Shown here: positions 39,283 through 51,000 of the stretch, in pieces
Position numbering within the stretch: the first letter of the stretch is position 1
How the letters are laid out: each line of letters opens with the position of its first letter
Assembly (NCBI GenBank): GCA_030390025.1
Contig: CM059432.1
Coordinates: 90,398,001 to 90,462,000, forward strand
Direction: 5' to 3'
DNA: 64,000 bases
Source: Squalus acanthias
Taxonomy: Eukaryota
The notes under the pieces: generated by a model
Database searches by the model: none
Told to the model about the DNA's origin: nothing
The model's input: the letters and a program-made list of their open reading frames with translations, nothing else
Program-made: the position numbers and the translations under genes

Positions 39283-39559
39283 TCAGCAGTATATAGAGTT
39301 CCATGGACGAGACCTGTAAATAAGAATCTTTAAAATGCTTTAAAGGAAAGTAACCTGATGTTCCTTTTCTTTTTATGCACTGTAGTTTTCTTCCCTTAAC
39401 TTGAGGAGTATTCCATTGGAGCAAGTTGCAAGACCAGCATTCCATAGTTCAACCACGTAAGTGTAGAGTTACATAATTTTTGTCTGGCTTTAGTCGAGCT
39501 GTTTGTTCCTGCGTAATCTGATGGCATCTCTAAGTGCTCCATGTTTGAATGGAAAGAAA

Positions 39560-39979
39560 TGGGTGCAACTTATGCCACGCATGCTGTGCCTAGTCATACC
39601 AAGCGTTTAGTAGCTGAACCAGCGATCCTTAAAGGGACTGCTGGAGGCTGCTCAAAAAAAGGCCAAAGAAATTTTCAGTTTTTATTTTTGTTGGCCCAGG
39701 AGAAGCAGGTGTGCTCCTCCCGAGTCCACAAAGAAACTGCGGCCCACTGCTGGCTCATTTGAGACCTTGCCTGGGATCCCTTCCTCCCACCCCCAGACCT
39801 GACCTGTCTCTAGCTCAGCGCAAGAGCCAGTCGATCTCCTGTTCTCCCTGACCAGCGAGCTGCAGCAGGACACCTGTTTGGCTCCGATTGTTTGCTGGCG
39901 GCATTTTAATGAGGCCCGAAGCTTAATTTGGCTTGGTCCTCAAGCTGGCACGTTTTGGACACCAGCCGAATTTCTCCCC
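39560..39979. mobile_element. Degenerate Harbinger-type MITE remnant
   Basis: GC-richer segment ending GAATTTCTCCCC; left end not found. Confidence 0.35.
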
Positions 39980-41791
39980 AGATAACTGTTATTCTGTTTC
40001 CGGAAAGACTTGAGCACTTCAGTATTGGCTTGCAGTTTTTTGAAACTCTGATTTTATTGTGGTGAGACACTGAATGGTTGCGAGCTTAAGCATGCCCTAA
40101 TTGTTGATTGCAGAATGAAAGGTTACTGGAACAGTTATGTTCCCTACTTTGTAATGTGCCATGTTTATGTAAGATCAGTTAATATAACAACAGGCAATTG
40201 CTATGAAACTATTGAAGTATTTGTTGTGGGTTCTGAAACCTTGGAGCCTTCCCTGTTGTTTAGCCTTCCTCAGCTGGAAAGTTTTGACATCTGCTGGTTT
40301 GGCACTTGACTGAACAGTTGTCAGCAGCAGGGTAGCTGCTTTCAGTAGCAGTTGGCTGGATGGCTGCATGCCAGCTTGTACCATCTGTGTACCTGACATT
40401 TCCTTCTAATTAACAGAGGGGTTAATTGTTCTGGCAGGCTCAAATGTAGTGTCTAACATTACCCAAGGGAGATATGTACAAGTGCAGGAGTGGCAGGGAA
40501 GTGGGGATGGCGGAACTAACATGCCATTGTCAGACAATGGTTAACAGCAACTGATGGTTTTACTGGCTAGGCACTTGCGATAAGGTTGAACAATTTATCT
40601 GATGAATTATGCCAGGCTACTGTAATGATGTAGAAGGAATTGAGCTTAGTAAGGCAAAGACCACTGCCTTGAGGCAATTGTGGGGGAACAATTTGCATGT
40701 TATTACTGCATATTCATACTTAATTTTGTTAGGCTGTGCTAATAGAATAGAATGGCAGTACGAAAAACCTACCACCGAGTGTAATGCCAACAAAGGTTTT
40801 GGATTTCCTTTTTTGTTTCAATACTGAACACTGAATGATCATTTAGACACAGATGCAGAAAATGACAGCACTGTGTTAGTCTGGCAATATAATTTATAAA
40901 GCTGTATTCTGAGAGGTTTGTTTATACTATTAGTTTTATATAATCATAATGGTACCTCTAATAGTGTAAAGTTCACAGCTGTTACGAATATGAAACATTT
41001 TTATAATGAAATTGCACTACATACCAAGAATAGACACCACTTTTTACTGATTATAATTTGAGTTCCACAATATTTCTACAAAATCTTTCAATTTTTCCTT
41101 GTAATGCTTTCAGATATGACTTGGACTACTTAATAATCACGAATATATGTTCTATCCTGCTTTCACATTGAACCTAGCTATTAAAACTAAAGCTTAATTT
41201 TTAAAGGACTAGACTTGGATCACAGGAAAGTTTATATTTTAACTTTTTTAAACACAATATATTTTGGCTTGGTAACTAGTACTGGAAACTGCATGAACTT
41301 TTGTATTTTTATTAGCTTATGTTATGTGATTATATTAACTGCTATTAGTAACTCGTTACTAGTAATGGAAAGATGTTACAAATTGTCCAATACATGAATA
41401 GAATTGGCAATATACACAAATTATTTAGATCTTGATGCTTCCTATTTTATTTATTGGCTTAATTGGGTAATTAGTAATGTGATACCTGACACCGCTTACT
41501 CTGTTGTGTTTACCATTAAAGCTTGTTCCATCTGCTGTCCAATATTGAGTCTGCTTTCATCGGTTTTTGTCTGTTTTTCATTTCTGCTATATCTGTAACC
41601 TTGAGGTGTCTAATAACATAGTAAAAATTATGCAATTAATAATGTAATTGTACTTATGATAGAGTAACTTGTATTTGCTATATATTTTTTGCTTCTGTAA
41701 ATTTTTCATGAGCTGTTAGCAAAAATCAAAATTTTACTTGTAGTAAATGAAATGTTATGTTGGCTATGAACTGTGTATTTATACCCAACAG

Positions 41792-41927
41792 GAAAAAATC
41801 AGAGGAGATCTTGAAAGCCCACTTCGAAAGCTTAAAATCCCAGTTGGTAACTAGAGATCAGATGGTTCAAAGTCTTCATGAGGAACTGAAAAAAGCATTG
41901 TGTGACAATGAACGAAGTAAGGAGGAG
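41792..41927 (+). CDS. Internal exon of an unidentified coiled-coil protein gene (KKSEEILKAHFESLKSQLVTRDQMVQSLHEELKKALCDNERSKEE)
   Basis: Acceptor atacccaacAG, donor GAG|GTATGA; 136 nt open, phase 2/0; strong heptad pattern; AT-rich intron-like flanks. Confidence 0.68.
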
Positions 41928-42028
41928 GTATGATTAATTCTCTTATTCAAAGGAAATTTTGTGTTGCAGAAAGTGCTAGAACATATAGCAAGTAAGTTAG
42001 CCTCTGTGGAGAAAACAGACAAGTTAAT

Positions 42029-43524
42029 GGCCTGGATTTTGCGGTCAGCAGCGAAGGAACAGTGCTCGCCGCTGACGTCAAAACAAGCTGCCCACAAAGA
42101 TTTAACGGGCTCTAGAGCGTAGATTTCCTAATTTCTGACGTCCGTTTCAATTTGGCGCCATCTACAGGGGATCTGTGGCATCCAGCAACAGGGCAGGCAG
42201 CAGGCAAGCTGATCAACCAACCAGATTGAAGAATTCTCAGATGGCAAAGCAGGAAGTAAAAAAACGGAATACAAATCACATTTAAATCATTGTGCAGAAA
42301 GCAAAATAAAGATTGGGACATACACATGGGGTTAAGGGAGGAACGCAAATATCAGAACAAAAACTTAAAGAATTATAATTTTTTTTTTAAATCTGCAATT
42401 TTTAAACTTTTTTTCTGAGGGACTAAGACTCCGCACTTGTAAAACCAGAGAGGTTGTTCAGCGGTAATTATGACTTAGTTTGCCGTTTAAAAGCTCAGTT
42501 ACTCCTGATTGAACAAGACTTAACATTTTCATTGGTTTTTACAGTGAAAATAGTGTGTAAATAGTTGAAGTTCACGACAGATCAGTGATTTCTAATGATT
42601 CCATCTGCGAAGACTGCAACAGTGCACCCTGTGGAGGAGCAGGGTATCATGACAGCAACTTCCGGATTTCCACGTTTAACTGCGCACGTGCAGAAGCCAG
42701 AAGTTGCTGTCAGTTTTACACAGTAATGGCCCAGAAATTCCGGTCGGAGGCTTCCCGCGGGCGCAAGCCCCCGACCTGCACTTAAGAAGCGCGCCTACCG
42801 TTATGCTCTGGGCCTGCGCAGAATTCCGTTCCTGTGCCTGCTCCAGCTGCTGGTGTGCAGGGCACGCGTATCCCAGGGGCGAAGCTAGTTCGCAGCATCC
42901 CTAGGATCACGTGGGCCATGGGGAGCCAATCGGAGCAGGGAATCTCCATTCATAGATTTGATAGGAAGACTGTTAAATCTATGAATGGAGATTGGCCCCA
43001 AAACCTAAGTAAAACTTCAAATAAAAAAAATAAAAAAATCACATTTTTAATATAACTATAAATTAACTACTTTAAACAAAAATTTAAATTTTTGAAAAAA
43101 ATAATTAAAGTTTTTAATGGGGCTAAAAATAAACTTACCTTTCTTTAAAGTATTTTAAAATGATAAACCTGTGGGAAAAAATGTTTTACTTTTACTTTCT
43201 TCATCTCTTACCTTGTTAAATGCAGGCCTTGCGCCTGCTTTTTCCCCGCGCAGCTGCTAGGGACTTACCCGCACTGCATCAACTGAGAAAAAAACAGAAG
43301 TTCGATGCGTACGCGCTGCCTCTCCGGCGCACGCAGTTGACCTGTGAACCCCTTCCTTCAAGAGAACGGAAGTTCCGGTTTCCAGCAGCATGCGCAAAAC
43401 CGGCACTTCCGTTGGCCCTACGGGTGAGTACACAGCGCGTACTCACCCGTAGGGAATGGAATTTCAGGGCCAATAAAGTTGACGCTGGCAGCCTTGTCGT
43501 TACTACTACTGCAAATTCTGGGCC
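42029..43524. mobile_element. Harbinger-type MITE (family H2) hosting a nested H1 MITE
   Basis: Termini GGCCTGGATTTTGC / GCAAATTCTGGGCC; flanks AAT/AGT; colinear with the uninterrupted copy at 44623-45364. Confidence 0.82.
42728..43471. mobile_element. Harbinger-type MITE (family H1), inverted relative to 231-971
   Basis: Termini GGCCCAGAAATTCC / GGAATTTCAGGGCC; AAT duplication (42725-42727, 43472-43474); shares cgggtgagtacac..cgtactcacccgtaggg with the first copy. Confidence 0.88.
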
Positions 43525-43542
43525 AGTGTTTTGGGTGTGGAC

Positions 43543-43708
43543 CAATGTTTCCTGTGTTTGTTTTGGGCCACGCGGCCCCTTTAATGGGCTGCGCAGCCCA
43601 TTCAAAATTCCACGCAGGCGTGTTTTTTTTTTCAATTTAAAAGCCGGCTCACCGGCTGCGCTGGACCCCTGGAGCGCTGTGTGGCTGCGCAGCTTAAAGG
43701 GAACATTG
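43543..43708. mobile_element. hAT-type MITE
   Basis: Termini CAATGTTTCC / GGGAACATTG; 8-bp flanks GTGTGGAC / GTGTGGAT. Confidence 0.8.
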
Positions 43709-44622
43709 GTGTGGATCCTTCTTCAAAGTGGGTCTACACCCAAAATGTTAACTTGTCTGTTCTCTCCATTGATGCGGACAGGCCTGCTGTGCAATTGTGA
43801 CATTTCCTATTTTTTTGTTTCAGATTTCCACCATCTCCAGTATTTTTCTTTTACTGTATAATTAATGTTCTTCATACAATATGAACATTGGCCTTTGATC
43901 TACAAACTTAAAGAAACCTTTAAAAAATTTATATATTGTACAAATTCATGTGAATTTACTGTTTGTGTCTTTCTTCTGCATTATACCATAAACTATGCTG
44001 CATCTGTTAAATTTAGTAATCACCTGAAAATTCAGCATCTTCCTAGAAATGACAATATAATTATTGCAATATTAGTAAAATATCACATCCTTCTGCAATT
44101 TGTATAATGTAACAAAGCATTGAGAATTTAGTCATCTAGTAGGATATAGTACTTTTAAGTCATTTTAAAAATTAGGAAAATTGATTATTTAGATATTGCC
44201 ATCATATACAGTTTTTTGATGACACAGTAGTGTCACAAACAATGTAATTTCTATATTTGTCTCTTAAAGGTAGTCACTACATAACACAATTATGATGTTA
44301 CTTTCAACAGTCAAAATCCGCTCTTTAATCAGATCTCCAACTGCCATCATCCTTGAACTAAAAACTGTAGTGCAGCTAACAGCAAAATGGCATTTGTAGT
44401 AGTCAATGAATTAAACCATAGAGGTGAATCTAATATAGACTTGCTATTCAAAGTAGTAGCGATTTTTAAGGGCACTTGCATTTTTATTAAACAGTGTATC
44501 TGCTGAAGCAATCATTAGTATGCATTATCTGGTAAAGCACCAAGCAGCAGGAATTTTTATCAGTATATACTGTATTTTCACAAGGTTTTTTTTAAGGCAA
44601 TAAACTAATGCAGCTGCATAAT

Positions 44623-45364
44623 GGCCCGAATTTGCAGTAAGCGATGGTGATCTCCGCTGACCTCGAAGAAAGGTGCCCACAGCGATCTCTGTGTGGTGTC
44701 AATTTCAGCTCTCCCGAACCCAGTTTGAATCTGGGGCCACATCAAGCGAATCACCAGCGTCCAGCGACAGTGATGTCATCAAGTTGGTTAAGCAGACAAT
44801 CATATTAAAGAATTCTCACAGACAGCAAACCAGGAAGTAAAATGCACCGATTATAATTTACTTTTTATAAATGTTGCAAAGAGCGAAATAAAGATTGGGA
44901 CATACACATAGGATTAAGGTAGAAACTGAAATATCATTAAACTTTAAAAAACAAAAATTATATTAAATACTTGTAATTCTTAATCATATTAATAGAAACA
45001 TTTGACATTCCTCAAATATAAAATTAGTTTTTCAGGGCCAGAATGGTGGTTCAGCAGTTAGTACGTCGTTAAAAATCCAGTTACAACTCTTTCAACAAGG
45101 CTTAACGTTTTAGGGGTTTTGTAACAGCGATATTCCATCGTAAAAGGGGAAGTTTTCATCAATTCAAGTGATTTGAATTGATTGCCGGCATTGGGAAGTT
45201 CCACACCGCAACCTGTGGTGGAGCAAGGAATGTCTGACAGCAACTTCAGGATTACTGTGTTTATCTGCGCATGCGCTAAATCCTGAAATTGCTGTCAGTT
45301 TCAGAGGGGTAATGATGGCGAACACTGATAGTTCCATCGTCATTACCACCGCAATATCTGGGCC
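44623..45364. mobile_element. Harbinger-type MITE (family H2)
   Basis: Termini GGCCCGAATTTGC / GCAATATCTGGGCC; AAT on both sides. Confidence 0.83.
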
Positions 45365-45615
45365 AATATGTTTTAGTTTAATGTTAGTGGTTGATGATCT
45401 GTAGCATTTTTAAGACTTGGTGCTTTGAGATAAAACTACTGTAATTAACATTTTTAAACTTACAATTTTACAGAACAAATAGTAGCAAAAGTATTTATCA
45501 ACAATATAGCAGTACAGAGTCAGAAGAAAGTGACGTGACTATCTCTGCTTCCATTAAAATTTCAGAGTTGTGTTTGTAAAATTTGACAGAACAAATCAAT
45601 AGAAATCAGTGTAAA

Positions 45616-45700
45616 CAATATTCCCTCTAAGGTGCGTAGGTGCGCGGCCGCAAAGTGACCTGTAATGTCCCGTGCACTCAAATTCAAAATCCGTGCACAG
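45616..45700. mobile_element. hAT-type terminal sequence (one end only)
   Basis: CAATATTCCCTCTAAGGTGCG matches the reverse complement of the 43708 end (CAATGTTCCCTTTAAGCTGCG) with 3 mismatches; partner end not identified. Confidence 0.55.
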
Positions 45701-45809
45701 TGAGCTGGAGCAGGGGAGGGGCCCAATACCCAATTGCCCGGGAAGCCTCACGGAGAATTGTTTGTGACCTCAGAGCCGATCCGAATTGGAATGTTTAATA
45801 AGATGTGGA

Positions 45810-47006
45810 GCCCTGGAACCCGGCGAGTGTTGTCTCAGGATTCTGTTGGTACTTTTTCTGTGGAGACGCGTGTAGTCCGTTTCTGGGGACTGAGCGGCAG
45901 CCGCACTTTGGAACTACACAAGCTGTTGCGAGAGGCGTTCTTTGTGGTGGCAACACAAAACCTAGAGAATCCTCTCCATAGGAAATTACTGACTCAAAGG
46001 GCGGGGTTGGGGGAGGCAGTTACGTGGCTTTTGTCTTGCTGGCTGTCTGAGGAGATTCATTAGATTGTACAGACGGTGCAACTACCCCATCTCAATGCCT
46101 ATGAGCATGCCTCTCCACAAGTACCCGCCTAGGACCTGGGAGGCCCTGCGGCTTAAGCACGGGATCCAAGGACGCTTACCGGCCCATTATCTTCGCTCCC
46201 TCAACGAGACCCAGGACCCCACGCCCGTCCATTTTAAACCCCATGGGGTTAAATACAAATGGAACCCGCAGAGCGGGCAAACCGAATGCGTGCAAGATAT
46301 ACTGATCCCATCTACTTCCCCCGCCTCCGCCCCCCGGCCCCAGAGTCGCAACATGGGTTAAGGGGAGGAGAGGGCTATGTACGAGGGTTCAGATATGCCA
46401 ACAATGACAAGACTCCAAAGGTCAGTCTGAATTCGAAGCTGGGGATGGATCTGAAACGTGCAATGCTGCTGAGACTCACTCGCAAGGAAGAAGAGCTTTA
46501 CCCTGATGATGCAGAGAAACTGGAGCTCCTCTATAATAAATATAAAGTGTCATGATTCCTGAAGAGGAGGTGGAATGGGTCGGGCTGAGCCTTGAGGAAG
46601 CTCTGGAGAAACAGAGGCTGTTGGAGAAGAAGGATCCAGTGGCGCTGTTTAAAGTTTACGCCGAGGAGCTAGCCCAGCAACTGAACATGCAGAGACTGTC
46701 TGAGCCAGTGATCGTAGAAAATAAATTGTAACCGAGCATGGGCCCTTTCAGATCAACAGAGCAGTAGGTTATATGACCCATGACCGATTTGTTTGGGCAA
46801 AATTTACTCTGACTCTGACCGACCTCTTCGTGTTTGAGGAGAGTATTGATGAAACTTCCTCAAAGGACAAGGGGCAAAGGTTAAAGTGACTATGAACTCT
46901 TGACCTGAACTAACTACCAGAATAAAATAGAGTTTTTTTAAAGTGTGTAAGGTGGAGCCATCCACCTTGTGCAATGTGATTGCTAACTATTTTCTTTCCT
47001 AAGAAT
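45810..47006 (+). pseudogene. MRPL28: Processed pseudogene (retrocopy) of mitochondrial ribosomal protein L28; coding homology 46107-46731
   Basis: [90 protein letters not shown] match vertebrate MRPL28; no introns; two frameshifts; AATAAA at 46921; direct repeat (T)AATAAGATGTGGA at 45796-45809 and 47006-47019. Confidence 0.93.
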
Positions 47007-47449
47007 AATAAGATGTGGAATGTTCAAAAAAAAACGCCAGCAAGCAGTTGTGACTGTATCCTCTGCCATCTGAAGTGCATATTCTAATCCCCCTCCCCAC
47101 CCCCCACCAAACTCCTTGCCAGTGTGGCCTTGCCTTCATCGGGCCTTCCAGACCCCTGGCATGGAAGTAGCGTGTTGCGATGACATGACCTGCGATTTCA
47201 TTCCGCAAGAAATTGCTCGTTCTCTGTTCTTGTATTTTTTTTTAAACGAGTGGCGAGTGGGAATGGAAGTTACACTCTCGCACGCTCCTGCCCAGTCTTT
47301 TCTTCTTCTCCAATGGACCTTATAAAAGAGGCAATATGTTCACAAGAGCTTGAGGGTAAGGAGTGTGTGTGTGTGTGTGTGGCTTGCAGATACAGTTTAT
47401 TCAGCAGGGTAAGGGCTATTTACCGTATAACTGTTTGGCCTTGCTGTTT

Positions 47450-47660
47450 ATACAGAAGACCTTGCATGTGTACAGCACCATTAACATGCAAAAACACCCC
47501 AAGGTGCTTCAGAGGCATGATCAGGTGCAAATGTACACAGTCAAAGAAGGAGATATTAGGATTGGGTGATCAAAGGCTTGGTCAAAGAGTTGGGTTTTCA
47601 GGAGGTTCTTAAAGGAGATGAGAGAGGTAGACCCAAGGTGATCAAGCTTGGCTTCTGTAG
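47450..47660 (-). mobile_element. L2 3' end fragment
   Basis: cttgcatgtgtacagcacc...ggagatattaggattgggtgatcaaaggcttggtcaaagag, homologous to 9740-9800. Confidence 0.6.
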
Positions 47661-48014
47661 GTGTTGGACTTTAAGGTGAGTCATATCACATGATGCCCAA
47701 AATGTATATTGAAGTGAGCTTCCTTCTCACCAAACTTCCAGACCTTGACATAATGGTCATCGTGATGGGTTAACTGCTAATCAATTTAGCCTGATGTTTG
47801 CTGTCTGAGTTTACAAAGGAACAGGAGATGACCTGGACAATCCCAGAAAATGAATGTGACCGTGCTAATAGTTGCTAATATGTTCGCTTCGGTGCCTCTG
47901 TTCTGGCCAATCTGCTATTAACACCTCAAATGGTATGTTGCTGACTCGTCTGCTTCTTCATAATCGCCCATTGTCCCGACTAATCACCAATATCGCGCTC
48001 TCCAACCTGTATTC

Positions 48015-51000
48015 TTGCATCGCACTCGCCAACCAGTATTCTGTTCTGAGTACTGGTGAGGGCAATGGTTCCTCTGGCGAGTGCTGCCAGAGTCAAGTCC
48101 ACGGCACCATGGGTGGCTCAGCTGCACAGGGGGGGGAGGAAAAAGAGTGGAAGAGTAGGGGATTCGATAGTTAGGGGAGCAGACAGGCGTTTCTACGGCC
48201 GTAGACGTGACTCCAGGATGGTATGTTGTCTCCCTGGTGCCAGGGTCAAGGATGTCACTGAGCGGCTGCAGGACACTCTGAGGGGGGAGAGTGAACAGCC
48301 AGAGGTCGTTGTCCCTATCGGGACCAACAACATAGGCAGAAAGAAGGATGAGGTCCTGCAGGCAGAGTTTAGGGAGCTAGGAGAGAGATTAAAAAGCAGG
48401 ACCTCAAAGGTAGTAATCTCCAGATTACTCCCTGTGCCACGTGCTGGTGAGTACAGGGATAGGAGGATAGAACAGATGAATGCGTGGCTGGAGAGATGGT
48501 GCAGGAGGGAGGGCTTCAGATTCCTAAGGCATTGGGACCGTTTCTGGGGAAGGTGGGACCTGTACAAGCTGGACGGGTTACACCTCAACAAAGCCGGGAC
48601 CAATATTCTCGTGGGGAGGTTTGTTGGTGCTGTTTAGGAGGGTTTAAACTAGCTTGGCAGGGGGATAGGCACCAGCATATAGGAGTAGAAAAGAGGAATA
48701 AGGTGCATAAAGGAGTGAGTGTGTTAGATAGTAGAGGCGGTAGTAGTACCATATTAGATAGGAGCAGACTAAGAAAGACTACGAAAAATTCAAAAATGGG
48801 TTTAGAATGCATGTACGTAAACACACAAAGTGTGGTGAATAAAGCTGGTGAGCTACAAGCACAATTAGCCGTGTGGCAATATGATGTACTGGCAATAACA
48901 GAAATGTGGCTTAAAAATGATGAGGACTGGGCACTTAATATTCAAGGGTACAAGGTGTTCAGAAAAGATAGGAAGGAAAAAAGGGAGGTAGGGTGGCAAT
49001 GCTGATTAAGGAAGACATTGTAGTGTTGGAAAGGGAGGATGTTCTTGAGGGGACAAGGACAGAATCCATTTAGTTAGAGTTGAGGAGCAAAAAGGGTATG
49101 ATCACGCTATTGGGGGTATTCCATAAGCCTCCAAATAGTGAGAGGGAGGTAGAGGAGCAAATCTGCAGGGAAATCGCAGAGATATACAAGAGTGGTGATA
49201 TTGGGAGACTTTAATTACCCAAATATCGATTGGGATAATGCTAGGGTAAAGGGAAAGGAGGGGGAGGAATTTCTAAAATGTGTTCAGGAGAATTTCCTTT
49301 ACCAATATGTTCTTGGCCCAACTAGGAAGGAGGCAATGCTGGATCTGGTGCTGGTGAATGAGGTGGGCCAGGTCGACCAAGTGTCTGTGGCAGAACACTT
49401 GGGTATGAGTGATCATCGTATCATAAGATTTAGATTAACAATAGAGAGGAGCAAGGAACAATCTAGAGTGGAACTTCTAAACTGGAATAGGGCTAACTTC
49501 AATGGGATGCGAAAAGATCTAGCCAGGGTAAAATGGAACTAAAGACTGACAGGAAAATCTGTAACAGAACAATGGGTGATCTTTAAGGAGGAGATGTTCC
49601 AAGTACAGGCTAGGTACATTCCAACAAGAGGGAAGGGTAAGGGAACCAAAGCAAGGGCTCCTTGGATGATGAGGGAGATAGAGAAGATGATGAAACAAAA
49701 AATGAGGGTGTATGATGAATGTCAGGTGAATTCTCCAAGGGAGAACCAGACCAAATACAATAAGTTGAGAGGGGATGTGCAAATGAAAATAAGATTGGCA
49801 AAGAGAATATGAGAGTAGAATGGCGGTTAACATAAAAGGGAACCCCAAAATCTTCTACCGGCATGTAAACAGTAAGCGGGTAGTAAGAGGCGGGGTGGGG
49901 CCTATTAGCGACAAAGAAGGTGATATATGCTTAGAGGCGCAGGGCAAGGCTAGAATACTCAATGAGTACTTTGTATCGGTGTTTACTAAGGAGGTGGATG
50001 CTGACAAATATCAGTAGAAGTGGGAAAGGTAGAAACAATGGAAGGGGCGAAAATTGATAGGCTCTATTGGAAAGGCTGGGTATGCTTAGAATGGACAAGT
50101 CGCCTGGTCCAGATGGCTTGCATCCCAGGTTGCTAAGGGAATTGGGGGAGGAGATAGTGGAAGGGCTTGCCATAATTTTCTAATCTACCCTAGATGCGGG
50201 GGAGGTGCCTGAGGATTGGAAAGTGGCAAATGTGACCTCATTGTTCAAGAAAGGGTGTAAGGACAATCCTAGTAACTACAGGCCGGTCAGTTTAACATCA
50301 GTGGTGGGCAAAGTTTTAGAAACAATAATCAAGGAAAAAATTAACGGGCACTTGGAGAGGTTTAAGCTAATTAAGGAGAGCCAACACGGATTTGTAAAAG
50401 GCAGATCGTGTTTGACTAATTGAATTTTTTGATGAAGTAACAGAAAGGATTGATGAAGGGAATGCAATGGATGTTGTCTACATGGATTTTGGAAGGCGTT
50501 TGACAAAGTACCACATAGAAGGCTGGTTAACAAAATTGAGGCTCATGGAATAGGTGGGTCAGTGGCAGCTTGGATAAGGAATTGGCTTAAGGTTAGAAAA
50601 CAGCGAGTTGTGGTAAATGGTTGTTTTTCAGACTGGAGGATGGTAGACAGTGGTGTTCCCCAAGGGTCAGTGCTGGGGCCACTGCTTTTTTTGATATATA
50701 TAAATGACCTGGATATTGGAATACAGAGTAGAATTTCTAAATTTGCCGATGACACCAAACTTGGGGGTGTGGCAAACCGTGCTGATGATATCAGTCGACT
50801 GCAACAGGACATAGAAAGGCTAGCAGAATGGGCAGACAAGTGGCAGATGGAATTTAATACAGAGAAGTGTGAGGTGATGCATTTTGGCAGAAGGAAGAGG
50901 GAGAGGCAATATACACTTAAAGGCACAGTTTTAAAAAGTCTGCAGGGACAGAGGGACCTGGGAGTTAATGTGCATTAAGGGACCTGGGAGTTAATGTGGA

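Noticed and set aside
43220..43861. 213-aa ORF
   Set aside because: Runs across several adjacent unrelated repeats (H1, H2, hAT MITE, Penelope-like tail); no coherent protein
47026..47034. A9 run as the retrocopy poly(A) tail
   Set aside because: It lies outside the right-hand direct repeat (47006-47019), so it belongs to the target site
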